Origin: Candidatus Calditenuaceae archaeon HR02
GTDB taxonomy: Archaea; Thermoproteota; Nitrososphaeria_A; Caldarchaeales; Calditenuaceae
Length of the DNA stretch: 64,000 nt
Assembly: GCA_002898395.1 (NCBI GenBank)
Contig: BEHE01000012.1
Coordinates: 10,818 to 74,817, forward strand
Direction of reading: 5' to 3'
Below the pieces are notes generated by a model that did no database searches, was not told the DNA's origin, and saw only the letters and a list, made by a program, of their open reading frames with translations. Shown in pieces: positions 19,997 to 29,449 of the stretch (positions are counted from its first letter, which is position 1; the number at the start of each line of letters is the position of its first letter). The translations under genes were made by a program, and so were the position numbers.

Positions 19997-20365
19997 CTAT
20001 CCCTCTCCCAACTTCTCTTTCCTAAGCCTGTCGTCGAGATTTAAAGCTACAATCATTAGGTTTGACACATGGACGGGTATGTCCACGACCCTTCCATCTG
20101 CACGCTTCCTCGTAAGCCCCTCAATATACACTAATTGCCTCTCCCTATTGACTCTTTTAACCTTTCCTTGGACACCATCATACTCCCCCCTCATCACCTT
20201 CACCGTATCCCCTACCCTGAGTGGGAGAGATCTCCTCCCATACTTTGTCCTCAGTTCAGGAGCTAGGTGAGCAGACATTAGCTTGGGGAGAACATGCTTC
20301 GGAGCATCACGTAACATGAGCCTCTGCTTGGAAGGATCCTTCGGCCGGGACACCTGCTTCATCAT
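19997..20365 (-). CDS. rpl24: 50S ribosomal protein uL24
   Basis: PSKQR; RVGDTVKVMRG KOW motif; PVHVSNLMI; likely start 20365 or 20362. Confidence 0.96.
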   Translation of the reverse strand: MMKQVSRPKDPSKQRLMLRDAPKHVLPKLMSAHLAPELRTKYGRRSLPLRVGDTVKVMRGEYDGVQGKVKRVNRERQLVYIEGLTRKRADGRVVDIPVHVSNLMIVALNLDDRLRKEKLGEG

Positions 20366-20373
20366 CCTCACCG

Positions 20374-20808
20374 TCACACTATTATTGACGCTATATTTGC
20401 TATCTTTGACCACCGTTCAGCCGCCTCTCTGGCAACCGGTCCCTTAATCTCCGACCCCTTTACATCGCCCTCGGGTGTCACAAGGACAGCAGCGGTATCC
20501 TCGAAGGCAATCCAAGTCCCATCCGGGCGCCTATAGGGCTTCTTCTGCCTAATTATGACCGCGTGCATAACCTTCTTCCTCAAGTCTATAGGCCCTTTCT
20601 TTACAGTTACGGCTACCAAGTCACCTACCCCTGCAGCCGGTTGCCTTCGAAGCCTCTGCTTAAGACCAATCACCTGGATGACTTTGAGAACCTGCGCTCC
20701 CGTGTTATCCGCGCACAGCACGTAAGCCCCCTTATTAATGGTTCTAGGGATGTTCGGTCTCCGAAGCAGAACACCTACCTCAGCAACAGCCCTGGATCTC
20801 TTAGACAT
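20374..20808 (-). CDS. rpl14: 50S ribosomal protein uL14
   Basis: CADNTGA; AVIIRQKKPYRRPDG; FEDTAAV; KGSEIKGPVAREAAERW. Confidence 0.97.
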   Translation of the reverse strand: MSKRSRAVAEVGVLLRRPNIPRTINKGAYVLCADNTGAQVLKVIQVIGLKQRLRRQPAAGVGDLVAVTVKKGPIDLRKKVMHAVIIRQKKPYRRPDGTWIAFEDTAAVLVTPEGDVKGSEIKGPVAREAAERWSKIANIASIIV

Positions 20809-21153
20809 TTACCCACCCCTCCCGAGGTTTTCTATAACTACAAAACTAATTGTCTTAGAAATTGGCCTAGTCTCAGCAATCTTCACTACGTCGCCCACTT
20901 CCACGTTAATGCAGGGTGGTAGATGTGCCGGGATTCTTGACCGTCTCCTCATATACCTCTTGTACTTCTTGACGTAAATAGTTATGATCCTCTCCACGAC
21001 TATTGCCCTATGCATTAACTTTTTATGAACCCTCCCAGTAAGAAGGATACCCCTCACCCTAAGTGAGCCGTGAAACGGACAGTCCTTGTCGTTACACTCC
21101 CCCTGTGGGGGCTTAACTTCGATGCCTATGTTCGCCACTTGTCTCCCAGACAT
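20809..21153 (-). CDS. rps17: 30S ribosomal protein uS17
   Basis: CNDKDCPFHGSL; KYKRY; AHLPPC; ETRPISKT. Confidence 0.97.
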   Translation of the reverse strand: MSGRQVANIGIEVKPPQGECNDKDCPFHGSLRVRGILLTGRVHKKLMHRAIVVERIITIYVKKYKRYMRRRSRIPAHLPPCINVEVGDVVKIAETRPISKTISFVVIENLGRGG

Positions 21154-21218
21154 CTCCTCTCAGCCAGCCTTTTACAAATCAGAACGATATCCGTTTTAAT
21201 AAGGATAAACGCTGTGCT

Positions 21219-21503
21219 CTACCCCCTTGAGGATCGTTTATGCCAATTATGTCGAATTCGTTTAAGGCTCTGTGCCGGCATTCCCGACAGCGCCTCCCCA
21301 TTAGCTACCCATCTCTCCCCCTCTCTCACAATCTCGAACAGATGTTCTTTCTTCGGTATTCGCTTCAGGCCCTTCGGAGTACGTATTAAAACCGTGTTTG
21401 CGGTCTCACCTATTATCAGGCCTTCTAAACGAGTACCGTCAGACTTTTTTATCACCATGCAGTGGTATCCAACTAGTGAAACGATCCTTTTATTTCTTCT
21501 CAA
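21219..21503 (-). CDS. rnp1: RNase P protein subunit Rpp29
   Basis: GLIIGETANT..IPKKEHLF; canonical position between uL29 and uS17. Confidence 0.85.
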   Translation of the reverse strand: MRRNKRIVSLVGYHCMVIKKSDGTRLEGLIIGETANTVLIRTPKGLKRIPKKEHLFEIVREGERWVANGEALSGMPAQSLKRIRHNWHKRSSRG

Positions 21504-21702
21504 GCTGTTTTTCGTTAAGTATTGTTAGTATCCTCGCTATTCTTCGCTTAAGATTTCGGATGTTTGAGGTGTTTTCGCCTTGACCAGCCATCTGTAGCTT
21601 GACTTTGAGGTTGCGGAGTTCTGTCCGCGCAGCATCTAGCTCCTCCCTTAGCTCATCGACACTCTTCTCCCTTAGCTCCTTAACCTCTCTTACCATACTC
21701 AC
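21490..21702 (-). CDS. rpl29: 50S ribosomal protein uL29
   Basis: ELREKSVDEL..IRNLKRRIARILTILNEK. Confidence 0.95.
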   Translation of the reverse strand: MSMVREVKELREKSVDELREELDAARTELRNLKVKLQMAGQGENTSNIRNLKRRIARILTILNEKQLEKK

Positions 21703-21717
21703 TCACCACCAGCATAC

Positions 21718-22341
21718 TCACTCACCACCAGTCTCCTCCACTTCCTTTTTCACAGATACAGAGACTTGCTCGGGTAGTGGGGCGTCAGGCGGATAGATTT
21801 TAACCTTCACACCGTATATTCCAGTAGCAAGTTGTACGTGGGCTATCCCGACTCGCACATACTTTGCAAACTCACCGGACTTGGGCATGAATCCGGCGGT
21901 GAATTTTTCAGACCTTGAGCGCGCAGAGGTTAGCTTACCAGATATTATTGTCTCTGCCCCAATCGCTCCAGCATCCATTATCCTTCTCAAAGCCCAGAAG
22001 GCAACTCTCCGCCATCTGACTCCGCTCGCTATGGCCTGCGCTATCCTCTGGGCCATAACCTCAGGGTTAAGCTCAGGGACCTCGATCTCAGAGACAGAAA
22101 TCTGGACATTCTCAAGACCAAACCTCCTCTCCACCTCCTCTTGGAGAGATTTAATCGTTTTCCCGCGCGTTCCTATAACGAGCCCAGGCTTCATACAGTA
22201 GATTAAGATGTTTGTCCCGACTGGTGAGGTGGTTATTGATACGTCGCCAATGAGGGCGTCTTTTAGACGGTTCTTGATGAACTCTATCACTTCACTACGC
22301 TTGATGTTCTTCTGGAGGATCTTCGCCGTTGTAGTGACCAA
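21718..22341 (-). CDS. rps3: 30S ribosomal protein uS3
   Basis: PGLVIGTRG KH motif; GAIGAETIISGKL; GIYGVKVKI; likely TTG start at 22341 after GGAGGTG. Confidence 0.97.
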   Translation of the reverse strand: MVTTTAKILQKNIKRSEVIEFIKNRLKDALIGDVSITTSPVGTNILIYCMKPGLVIGTRGKTIKSLQEEVERRFGLENVQISVSEIEVPELNPEVMAQRIAQAIASGVRWRRVAFWALRRIMDAGAIGAETIISGKLTSARSRSEKFTAGFMPKSGEFAKYVRVGIAHVQLATGIYGVKVKIYPPDAPLPEQVSVSVKKEVEETGGE

Positions 22342-22396
22342 TCCACCTCCTTGAGCAATTCTTACTCTATTTAAGGATTGATCCACCAGTAATGGT

Positions 22397-22870
22397 TTAA
22401 GGGGTCTGAACCGCCGCTATCTCGATGTGTACGAGTGTTCTATTATGTGGTGTTGCCCTGCCAAAAGCTCTGGGGAAAAACTTCTTCACCACCCTCCCCT
22501 TATGTGCCTGAGCGTGCACCAGCACTAGCCGGTCAGTGTCGAGGCCCTTAAACTCCGCATTAGCCTCTAAAGAGTCTAAAAGTTTGAGTAGATGTTTCGC
22601 AACCTTGACAGGATACCCTCCAGGCCCCTTTGTCTGCGAGTGGTGTGCCCTCAGCTTCCTATATCTCCTGTAAGGTATCATTCTCTTTCTGTTCACCACA
22701 TCCTCAAGAAGCCTCCGAGCGTCTTGAAGCCTCATTCCTCTTATTGCAGCGCACACCTCCCTGCTCCACTTCGGAGACAAATCAACCTCTCTGAGGGAGG
22801 CTTTAACCGAGGTGGCGGGGTCCAGTCCTTTGACGGAATATTCCCACTGTGGCATCTTCTGGGCACCCAA
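22397..22870 (-). CDS. rpl22: 50S ribosomal protein uL22
   Basis: SPKWSREVC; GGYPVK; NAEFKGLD; PRAFGRATP. Confidence 0.97.
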   Translation of the reverse strand: MGAQKMPQWEYSVKGLDPATSVKASLREVDLSPKWSREVCAAIRGMRLQDARRLLEDVVNRKRMIPYRRYRKLRAHHSQTKGPGGYPVKVAKHLLKLLDSLEANAEFKGLDTDRLVLVHAQAHKGRVVKKFFPRAFGRATPHNRTLVHIEIAAVQTP

Positions 22871-22918
22871 TTCGTTGAAGCAATATAAAAATTATACTCC
22901 GCGTCTTTCCGAAGATAG

Positions 22919-23809
22919 TTGAAGACAGAGCTAAGGAAGTACGTTATAGATGAATTTAGCGACTACCTCATCTATAAGTCTCTAGCAGAGGTGGAGAGGG
23001 ATGCTTCCCGTAGAGAGATACTTTCAAACCTCTCCAAAAAAGAGTATGAGCATTATATGTTCTGGCTTCAACTTACAAATTATCAGCCTAAGCCACCATC
23101 AGGGGTAAGGATCGGGCTAATGGTAGTTCTTAGAAGACTGTTGGGCTTGGTCTTCATAGCAAGGCTTCTGGAGAGACATGAGAGATCGGTAGTTAGGTGG
23201 TATCGAGAGCTCAGCGATGCCCTCCCCGCTAAGGAGAGGGAGACGCTCTTCCACATAATGAGGGAAGAGGAGGAGCAGGAAAGGATGCTCATCGGGCAGA
23301 TTGAAGAGACCGTTATCAAATACTTGGGCTACGTGGTTTTGGGTCTTGCAGACGCCATAATCGAGCTCAGTGGGGTTCATGCAGGCTTCTTGGGCGCCAC
23401 CAACGTAACAATTCTGGCAGGCATGGCCGGTATCGTCGTCGGTTTTGCAGCCTCAATATCAATGGCAGTAGCTGTATACCTTCAAGCAAAGCAAACTCCA
23501 ACCATAGTTCCATTCAAGGCTGCAATACTAACAGGCATAACATACGTTTCAACAGTCATCCTCCAGGCCCTGCCTTTCTTCCTGACATCCGACATATTCA
23601 CCGCATTTACAGCCTCCATAGCAGTCTCAATAACTCTGATAGCTGGCTTCACATATTATGGGGCTGTAGTGCGAGATGCAGACGCGCGCAGGGAAATCAT
23701 TACGAATGTAGCGTTAACACTTGGCACTGCCGCAGCAACGTATCTATTTGGTGAACTACTATCGACTTGGCTAGGGATAAAATCACTTTACGGAAGATAT
23801 ACAACCTAA
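22919..23809 (+). CDS. Rubrerythrin-like/VIT1-CCC1 family iron-related membrane protein
   Basis: N-terminal ferritin-like ExxH segments followed by VLGLADAIIELSG and AASISMAVAVYL VIT1 TM region. Confidence 0.85.
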   Translation: MKTELRKYVIDEFSDYLIYKSLAEVERDASRREILSNLSKKEYEHYMFWLQLTNYQPKPPSGVRIGLMVVLRRLLGLVFIARLLERHERSVVRWYRELSDALPAKERETLFHIMREEEEQERMLIGQIEETVIKYLGYVVLGLADAIIELSGVHAGFLGATNVTILAGMAGIVVGFAASISMAVAVYLQAKQTPTIVPFKAAILTGITYVSTVILQALPFFLTSDIFTAFTASIAVSITLIAGFTYYGAVVRDADARREIITNVALTLGTAAATYLFGELLSTWLGIKSLYGRYTT

Positions 23810-23829
23810 ACAATATTCTCTATGCCTCT

Positions 23830-24669
23830 TTAGTTGGTTCCATAGGAGTCGATCTCTATTCTACTTCGCCCTACACCGCCTTTTTCAATCTTCTGTATCA
23901 TACCATCCTGACCTAGCTGCCTATCACCTGCGATAAACTTTGCCCCGCCGCATATCCCATACCAAGCATCCCTCCATTTCTCCACCCGCGATGCAATATC
24001 GCTAAACTCTAGCCGCCTGCCAAGCAGGAAATCAACCCTATCCTTTAGCTCGTCCCTTACACTACAGACCGATTCGTAGAGCTCTGTTTTAGCGATCTCA
24101 TGCTCCCTAGTGAAGTTTAAGAGCAGCCTGAGCCGGGGGTACTCCTCCAGTAGGGTAGGCAACAGTTGGCGGTAAATCAAGTCATTACGTGTACGGTTTA
24201 CATAGAATAGCCAGATATCTATGTCCAAGCCTGTATCTATTGCGTATTCTATGAAGCAGCGGAAGGGCACTATTCCGCTCGAGGATGCGAGAAATACAAG
24301 TGTGTCGAGCTCCTTGTTTTCAATCATTTTTAGGGGCTTGCTTAAGAAACGTCCATAGGGTCCTTCAATAACATACTGGTCGCCGACCCTTGCCTGGGAT
24401 AGAAAGTAGGGTGCGAACTGTCCTTGTTCGCTCTTAATCGTAAGCTCCATATACCCTTTCCTCGTGGGCGGAGAGGCTATCGAGTAGAGCCTAAAGTCGT
24501 TTTTCTTAAAAGGTGTGTCGAAGTAGAGTTTTACATCTTGTCCAGGCAGGTATGGGAAAATTTCTTGGTTTAGCGCGCTCACAAACTTATAGGTTTTGCA
24601 TACGTCAGTCTCATCCCTAATCTCGACAACGGCCATAACTAGTCGGGTAGTCTTTAAAGAAGGCTCCAA
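23830..24669 (-). CDS. Ferredoxin-NAD(P)+ reductase-like FAD oxidoreductase
   Basis: PGQ..RLYSIASPP FAD motif; GPYGRF; SGIVPF; ICGG. Confidence 0.85.
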   Translation of the reverse strand: MEPSLKTTRLVMAVVEIRDETDVCKTYKFVSALNQEIFPYLPGQDVKLYFDTPFKKNDFRLYSIASPPTRKGYMELTIKSEQGQFAPYFLSQARVGDQYVIEGPYGRFLSKPLKMIENKELDTLVFLASSSGIVPFRCFIEYAIDTGLDIDIWLFYVNRTRNDLIYRQLLPTLLEEYPRLRLLLNFTREHEIAKTELYESVCSVRDELKDRVDFLLGRRLEFSDIASRVEKWRDAWYGICGGAKFIAGDRQLGQDGMIQKIEKGGVGRSRIEIDSYGTN

Positions 24670-24760
24670 CTCTCGGCTAAAAGAGTGTTGTAGTGTTATA
24701 TTAGCTATAAATTACGAGGCATTAGAAAAATATTTTTGAAGCCTTAGCCCACCTCTAGAA

Positions 24761-25252
24761 ATGTTGGCTCGGGGCGTGGGTAGATCTTCAGTTTTCCAAA
24801 CACTGAAGGTAATGCTGACTCCTGGGAGATATGGTCTTGAGAGGTGGAGCTACGTGTTGCAGCGGGTGAGCGGGGTGGTGGTCTCACTATATTTCATAGC
24901 CCACGTGTTAGAGACAGGGAATTTTGTCGGCGGAATTACTGTCTGGGGCGTCCCCGAATATAGCTTTGCTGAGAGGGCTTATGAGGAGACTGTCAAACTA
25001 CTGAAAAATCCTGTATTTGACGTGGGACTTGCCGTGATAGGCTTTTTAGTGGCCCTCCACACAATAAACGGTATCCGATTAATACTGGCCCATTTTGGCT
25101 TCTCTCTAGGTCGCCCGAGGAGGCCGGAGCCCTTCTCGCCTCCGCCCTCATTTAGCACCAAGCAGAGGGCGATATTCTGGCTAAGCATATCACTGGCCGT
25201 CTTCGCTCTCTTGTATACTCTGGACTCGCTGATGAGGGTGTTCAGGCCGTGA
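24761..25252 (+). CDS. sdhC: Succinate dehydrogenase cytochrome b subunit C
   Basis: LQRVSG..FIAH; HTINGIRLIL; adjacent to sdhD/sdhB. Confidence 0.88.
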   Translation: MLARGVGRSSVFQTLKVMLTPGRYGLERWSYVLQRVSGVVVSLYFIAHVLETGNFVGGITVWGVPEYSFAERAYEETVKLLKNPVFDVGLAVIGFLVALHTINGIRLILAHFGFSLGRPRRPEPFSPPPSFSTKQRAIFWLSISLAVFALLYTLDSLMRVFRP

Positions 25253-25614
25253 AAGAGCGCGACCTGATGCTTCTCCACTACATCACTGGAATAGGGATAC
25301 TCGTCTTCGGGTCAATTCATATTGCTACTGTCTTCCTCACGTATCCTTTCCAAGGCACTATCTGGGAGACGACTCTTAGATTTGACTCCATCCCCTACGC
25401 AATATTGCCAGTGTACAGAAATGCATTATTAGCGGCATCCCTATTCGGCCTACTACTCTGCACAACAATCCATGCGATGAATGGTCTTAGATCGATCATA
25501 GCTGAGCTGATAGGTGCTAGGAAGAGGTGGGTGGAAACCCTGTTGGTCGCGGTAGGTGCTTTCTTACTGGTGTATGGCACGAGGACGATCCTAATAGCAA
25601 ATGCGCTGGTGTGA
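25249..25614 (+). CDS. sdhD: Succinate dehydrogenase membrane anchor D
   Basis: LHYITG..IH; HAMNGLRSII; three TM helices. Confidence 0.85.
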   Translation: MKERDLMLLHYITGIGILVFGSIHIATVFLTYPFQGTIWETTLRFDSIPYAILPVYRNALLAASLFGLLLCTTIHAMNGLRSIIAELIGARKRWVETLLVAVGAFLLVYGTRTILIANALV

Positions 25615-26332
25615 GGGTTTGGTGGAAAGGGTGAAGTTCAGGGTTTTTAGGTATCGGCCCGAGGACGGGGGGAGGGGCATTTACAGGGAATATGAAGTCC
25701 CCGTAAAGAAAGGCATGACAATCCTCGACGGCCTTATCTATATAAAGGAAAATTTGGATCCCACACTCTCGGTGAGATACTCTTGCAGGATGGCGATATG
25801 CGGTTCGTGTGGCGTGAGGGTTAACGCGATTGAGACGCTGGCCTGCCATACACAGATTCTGGAGCTTAGGCGGAGACTTATAACGGTTGAGCCCATGCGT
25901 AACTATCCCCTCATAAAAGATCTTGTAACCGATATGGCACCCCTATTCAGAAAGCAGAAGGCCTTGATGACATGGCTGATCAGGCAGGATACAGAAGAGC
26001 AGGAAAACCCGACGAGACAGTATCTCCAGAGCGAGGAGGAGCTAGAGAGATACCTCCAATTCACTTACTGTATCCAGTGTGGGCTCTGTTACTCTGCTTG
26101 TCCCGTCGTATCGACTTTCCCAGATTTCTATGGGCCACAGCCCCTCATGAAAGCCTACAGGTATTATGCCGACAGTAGGGATGAGGGGGGAGTGGTGAGG
26201 ACCCGCCTCGTCGATAGATTTGAAGGGGTTTGGAGATGCCACTTTGCAGGCTCTTGCAGCGCAGTATGTCCCAAAGGGGTTGACCCTGCCCTTGCTATAC
26301 AGCTTTTGAGGCGGGCTGCTTTGAAGGGCTAA
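25601..26332 (+). CDS. sdhB: Succinate dehydrogenase iron-sulfur subunit
   Basis: SCRMAICGSC; CIQCGLCYSACP; CHFAGSCSAVCP. Confidence 0.96.
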   Translation: MRWCEGLVERVKFRVFRYRPEDGGRGIYREYEVPVKKGMTILDGLIYIKENLDPTLSVRYSCRMAICGSCGVRVNAIETLACHTQILELRRRLITVEPMRNYPLIKDLVTDMAPLFRKQKALMTWLIRQDTEEQENPTRQYLQSEEELERYLQFTYCIQCGLCYSACPVVSTFPDFYGPQPLMKAYRYYADSRDEGGVVRTRLVDRFEGVWRCHFAGSCSAVCPKGVDPALAIQLLRRAALKG

Positions 26333-26378
26333 GTTTCAGAAAGTCTTTAAGCAGGATGTTGTATTTTAGTCACTGATC

Positions 26379-26828
26379 TTGAGACAGGTTTATGTGGGTG
26401 ATAAGCCTGTAGCTTATCGTGAGGCGGTAGCGGAAGGTTATATCAGGCTACGGAGAGAGACAATTGATAAGATACTCTCAGGCGAAGTTGAAAAGGGTGA
26501 CCCCCTAACCGTAGCCAGGCTAGCCGGAGTTGTGGGTGCTAAGACTACGTCTCAAATACTCCTTCTATGCCATAATATCCGGATAGAGGCGGTTGAGCTA
26601 GATGCTTGGATCGAGAAAGAGTCTCAGCGCATCGGTGTTAGGGCCAGAGTGAAGACGCATGAGAAAACCGGTGTAGAGATGGAGGCACTTACGGCAGTCG
26701 TGACCGCCCTACTGAACATCTGGGACACTGTTAAACAGTATGAAAAGGATGAGAACGGGCAGTACCCCACCACCCTCATCGAGACCATAAAAGTTGTCTC
26801 AAAAATAAAGGGTGGGGGGAGCGGTTGA
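26379..26828 (+). CDS. moaC: Cyclic pyranopterin monophosphate synthase
   Basis: KGDPL; LCH; KTGVEMEALT; IWDTVKQYEKDENGQYP. Confidence 0.95.
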   Translation: MRQVYVGDKPVAYREAVAEGYIRLRRETIDKILSGEVEKGDPLTVARLAGVVGAKTTSQILLLCHNIRIEAVELDAWIEKESQRIGVRARVKTHEKTGVEMEALTAVVTALLNIWDTVKQYEKDENGQYPTTLIETIKVVSKIKGGGSG

Positions 26829-27607
26829 GGCTGATAGTATTGGGGGCAGGCTCAATAGTGCCAACCCCTTACAGATTTGGCTCCGGACACTATGTCGAGG
26901 CTGGAGAAATCAAGCTCCTACTTGACTGTGGACCAGGTGTTCTCGAGAAGATGAGGAGCCTATCTTTATCCCCGTTTAAGCTGACGGCCGTCCTTCTCAC
27001 ACACTTTCACATCGACCATGTATCCGACATCTTCCCCCTTCTGAAGTTGCGCGCATTCACGCCTGAGGGGCTCCCCAACAGGTCGCCTGATGAGTTAAGA
27101 ATCTTTGGGCCAAGGGGGCTTAAGAGGTTTTTAGGAACATTGATAGATAATAACGAGTTCTTCTCGTATGTGAAGACTCTGATGAGGTATGAGTCATACA
27201 CAAGTCTAGAAGAGGTTGAGCCGTGGGGCGTTTATGAATTTGGAGGTGTTCGCTTGACCTCGGCGCCAGCTAAACATGATGGTGGGGTGGCATATAGGAT
27301 TGATTTTGGAGGGGTGTCGCTAGTCTATTCAGGCGACACTGCATATAGCGAAGATCTAGTTAAACTTGCTAAGGGTGTAGACGTGTTAGTTCATGAATGT
27401 TCATTCCCCCACGAAAGGATAGTGGGGCAGCACGTATCAGAGGTAGAGCTTGCTCGAATAGTGGCTCAAGTGAGGCCCGAGACAGTAGTTGTGACGCACC
27501 TGTACCCTATCTGGGAGGGAGAGGAGCATAAGTTGGTGAGTACATTGGAGCAGAGTTACCGGTGCAGAGTTGTAGTAGCGAGAAACGGAACTGAGCTCAC
27601 TATCTAG
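26825..27607 (+). CDS. RNase Z-like metallo-beta-lactamase fold hydrolase
   Basis: LDCGPG; THFHIDH; YSGDT; HECSF; THLY. Confidence 0.85.
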   Translation: MRLIVLGAGSIVPTPYRFGSGHYVEAGEIKLLLDCGPGVLEKMRSLSLSPFKLTAVLLTHFHIDHVSDIFPLLKLRAFTPEGLPNRSPDELRIFGPRGLKRFLGTLIDNNEFFSYVKTLMRYESYTSLEEVEPWGVYEFGGVRLTSAPAKHDGGVAYRIDFGGVSLVYSGDTAYSEDLVKLAKGVDVLVHECSFPHERIVGQHVSEVELARIVAQVRPETVVVTHLYPIWEGEEHKLVSTLEQSYRCRVVVARNGTELTI

Positions 27608-28136
27608 GCCGTGCCGACCTGTCAAATTGCGGTAGCCTTACACCGCGCTGGCCCTGGTATTTGCCTCGATAGGGCTTCTCAACCTCTGAGGTGAGCTTGG
27701 CAAATACAAGGTGGATGAACCTTTCCCCAGCTCTGAGCTTCACTGGAAACTCGCTTCCTATCATCTCTATCGTTAACTGCCCCTCAAAATTGGCGTCTAC
27801 AATCGTAGGAGGGAGAGAAAGTCCTAGACGGGCATAACTGCTCCTCAAGTTTACGAACCCCATTATGTCCTTGGGGAGGGAGAGATATTCAATTGTGTGT
27901 AGCAAGACGTGTTCATGGGGGTTTATCAGGAAAGTATCTCCCCTCTCGATTATGTAGAAGTCTTCGGGACTATTTTCTTGGGGGTCCAAGACTTCCTGAG
28001 TCTTCTTTAACCTCCCAATCTCAAAGCCAATACGTAGGTCGAGACCATTCTCCCTAACGATGTCTTCGCTGAGCGGCTCCACCTTTAGTCTCCCGCTCCG
28101 TATGTAGTTCCAGAGGTCAAAGTCGGAGAGTATCAC
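27600..28136 (-). CDS. dcd: dCTP deaminase
   Basis: MILSD; ENGLDLR; LRSSYARLG; [12 protein letters not shown]; [11 protein letters not shown]. Confidence 0.96.
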   Translation of the reverse strand: MILSDFDLWNYIRSGRLKVEPLSEDIVRENGLDLRIGFEIGRLKKTQEVLDPQENSPEDFYIIERGDTFLINPHEHVLLHTIEYLSLPKDIMGFVNLRSSYARLGLSLPPTIVDANFEGQLTIEMIGSEFPVKLRAGERFIHLVFAKLTSEVEKPYRGKYQGQRGVRLPQFDRSARPR

Positions 28137-28201
28137 GCAACATACAATTCAAGGCCCCTAAATTAACCCTAACCCTACATCACACGAACCTAGCAATCTC
28201 T

Positions 28202-28600
28202 TCATGTCCCTATTACTTGCTGCTTATCAGAGGAGCGGTCGGCATAGTGTCTCGAGACACTTCTTGGCTTAAGAGCCTCACACAGGTAATCAAAAGCCTT
28301 AAAGGGATCGCTCTTATCCCCACACGTGAATATATCCAGCGTAGCATACTTGTAACCCGGCCAAGTATGGAGGGCCAAGTGGCTCTCTACCACCAGAGCG
28401 ATCACGGAAACTCCCCCCTTCTCACCCCCAAACCTCCACCCCCTCAACTCAACCAGCGTCATCTTAGCTATCTTTGATGCCTCTGAGACCAGCTTCTTCA
28501 ATAGCCGGAGATCGCCTAGTATGTCTGGGTCACACTCATATAGATTGCCGTAGACGTGCTTTCCGACCACGCCTATTTCCGATTTCTGCTCAACCTGCAT
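28202..28600 (-). CDS. speD: Pyruvoyl-dependent S-adenosylmethionine (or arginine) decarboxylase proenzyme
   Basis: GKHVYGNLYEC; GGVS..LVVESHLALHTWP; ATLDIFTCG. Confidence 0.88.
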   Translation of the reverse strand: MQVEQKSEIGVVGKHVYGNLYECDPDILGDLRLLKKLVSEASKIAKMTLVELRGWRFGGEKGGVSVIALVVESHLALHTWPGYKYATLDIFTCGDKSDPFKAFDYLCEALKPRSVSRHYADRSSDKQQVIGT

Positions 28601-29132
28601 TTCTCAAGGATTCGCTGTAAAAGATATTGATAAAGTTGTTGAGCTCATCGATCCGGACTGTCAATCAACTCCCCAACTCACTATCATGTGCAGTCGATTT
28701 TTTTCAAAAAAAGACGTTAATCACCTAAAAAATACGGTTTTAATTCCCTCCATAAGGGGGTGAACAAGCTCGTATTGGTTTGGCCATACCGAGGACAGAA
28801 ATGTTTAACATAAAACTTACAAGGTAAACCTTATACAAATGCCACTAATATGCGGAACCGTTGGAAACCTCTAATAATTCAGAAAAAAATGAAAACGACC
28901 AACTACACACCCAGTATATATATGGGTTCACCTCTAACATCTCAAAACAATTTGTGATACTACGCGTCCATCTCTAAAATCTCGAACCACGCGCCGTATC
29001 TTCAAGATAAAGCAGGAGCTACAATACGGATCGGTGGGAGAATATGTACGTGGAATCGGATCTCAGTTTTTTCTGTGATTGTTTTACGTTGTAAGGTAAA
29101 ACTTTTAACAGAGCTCGCGTGTTTATTGGTGA

Positions 29133-29399
29133 GTGGCATTGGCGGGGAAGGGTCGGATTGTGCAGAGGAGGAAGATTGTGGTGGATAAGAAGGCTCTTGT
29201 TTTGGCGAGACAGGCTGCGAGGCGTCAGCCTAGGATTACTTTTTATTCACCTCTAAGCTCGCTTGTTCTTAACTATCTGAAGAATGTGACTCCTAGGTTT
29301 AGTATTAGTGATGAGGTTTCGAGGATTGTTGAGTCTGAGCTGGCTAGGCGTTATCCAGAACTTGTAAGTGCGGCTCGGAGGTCTCTTCGACTCTCCTAG
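29133..29399 (+). CDS. Small basic hypothetical protein, possibly RHH-like DNA binder
   Basis: RITFYSP strand followed by two predicted helices; strong BRE/TATA (aaggtaaaacttttaa) about 25 nt upstream. Confidence 0.6.
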   Translation: MALAGKGRIVQRRKIVVDKKALVLARQAARRQPRITFYSPLSSLVLNYLKNVTPRFSISDEVSRIVESELARRYPELVSAARRSLRLS

Positions 29400-29449
29400 A
29401 CTGGTTAAGGGTATAAAAGCTGCTACCTCGGGTAGGGTTTTTAGGGGAT

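Noticed and set aside
28690-28880. Firm call of a replication origin
   Set aside because: Only weak ORB-like bits (ttggaaac, a G-string) and no adjacent cdc6; kept only as a hypothesis
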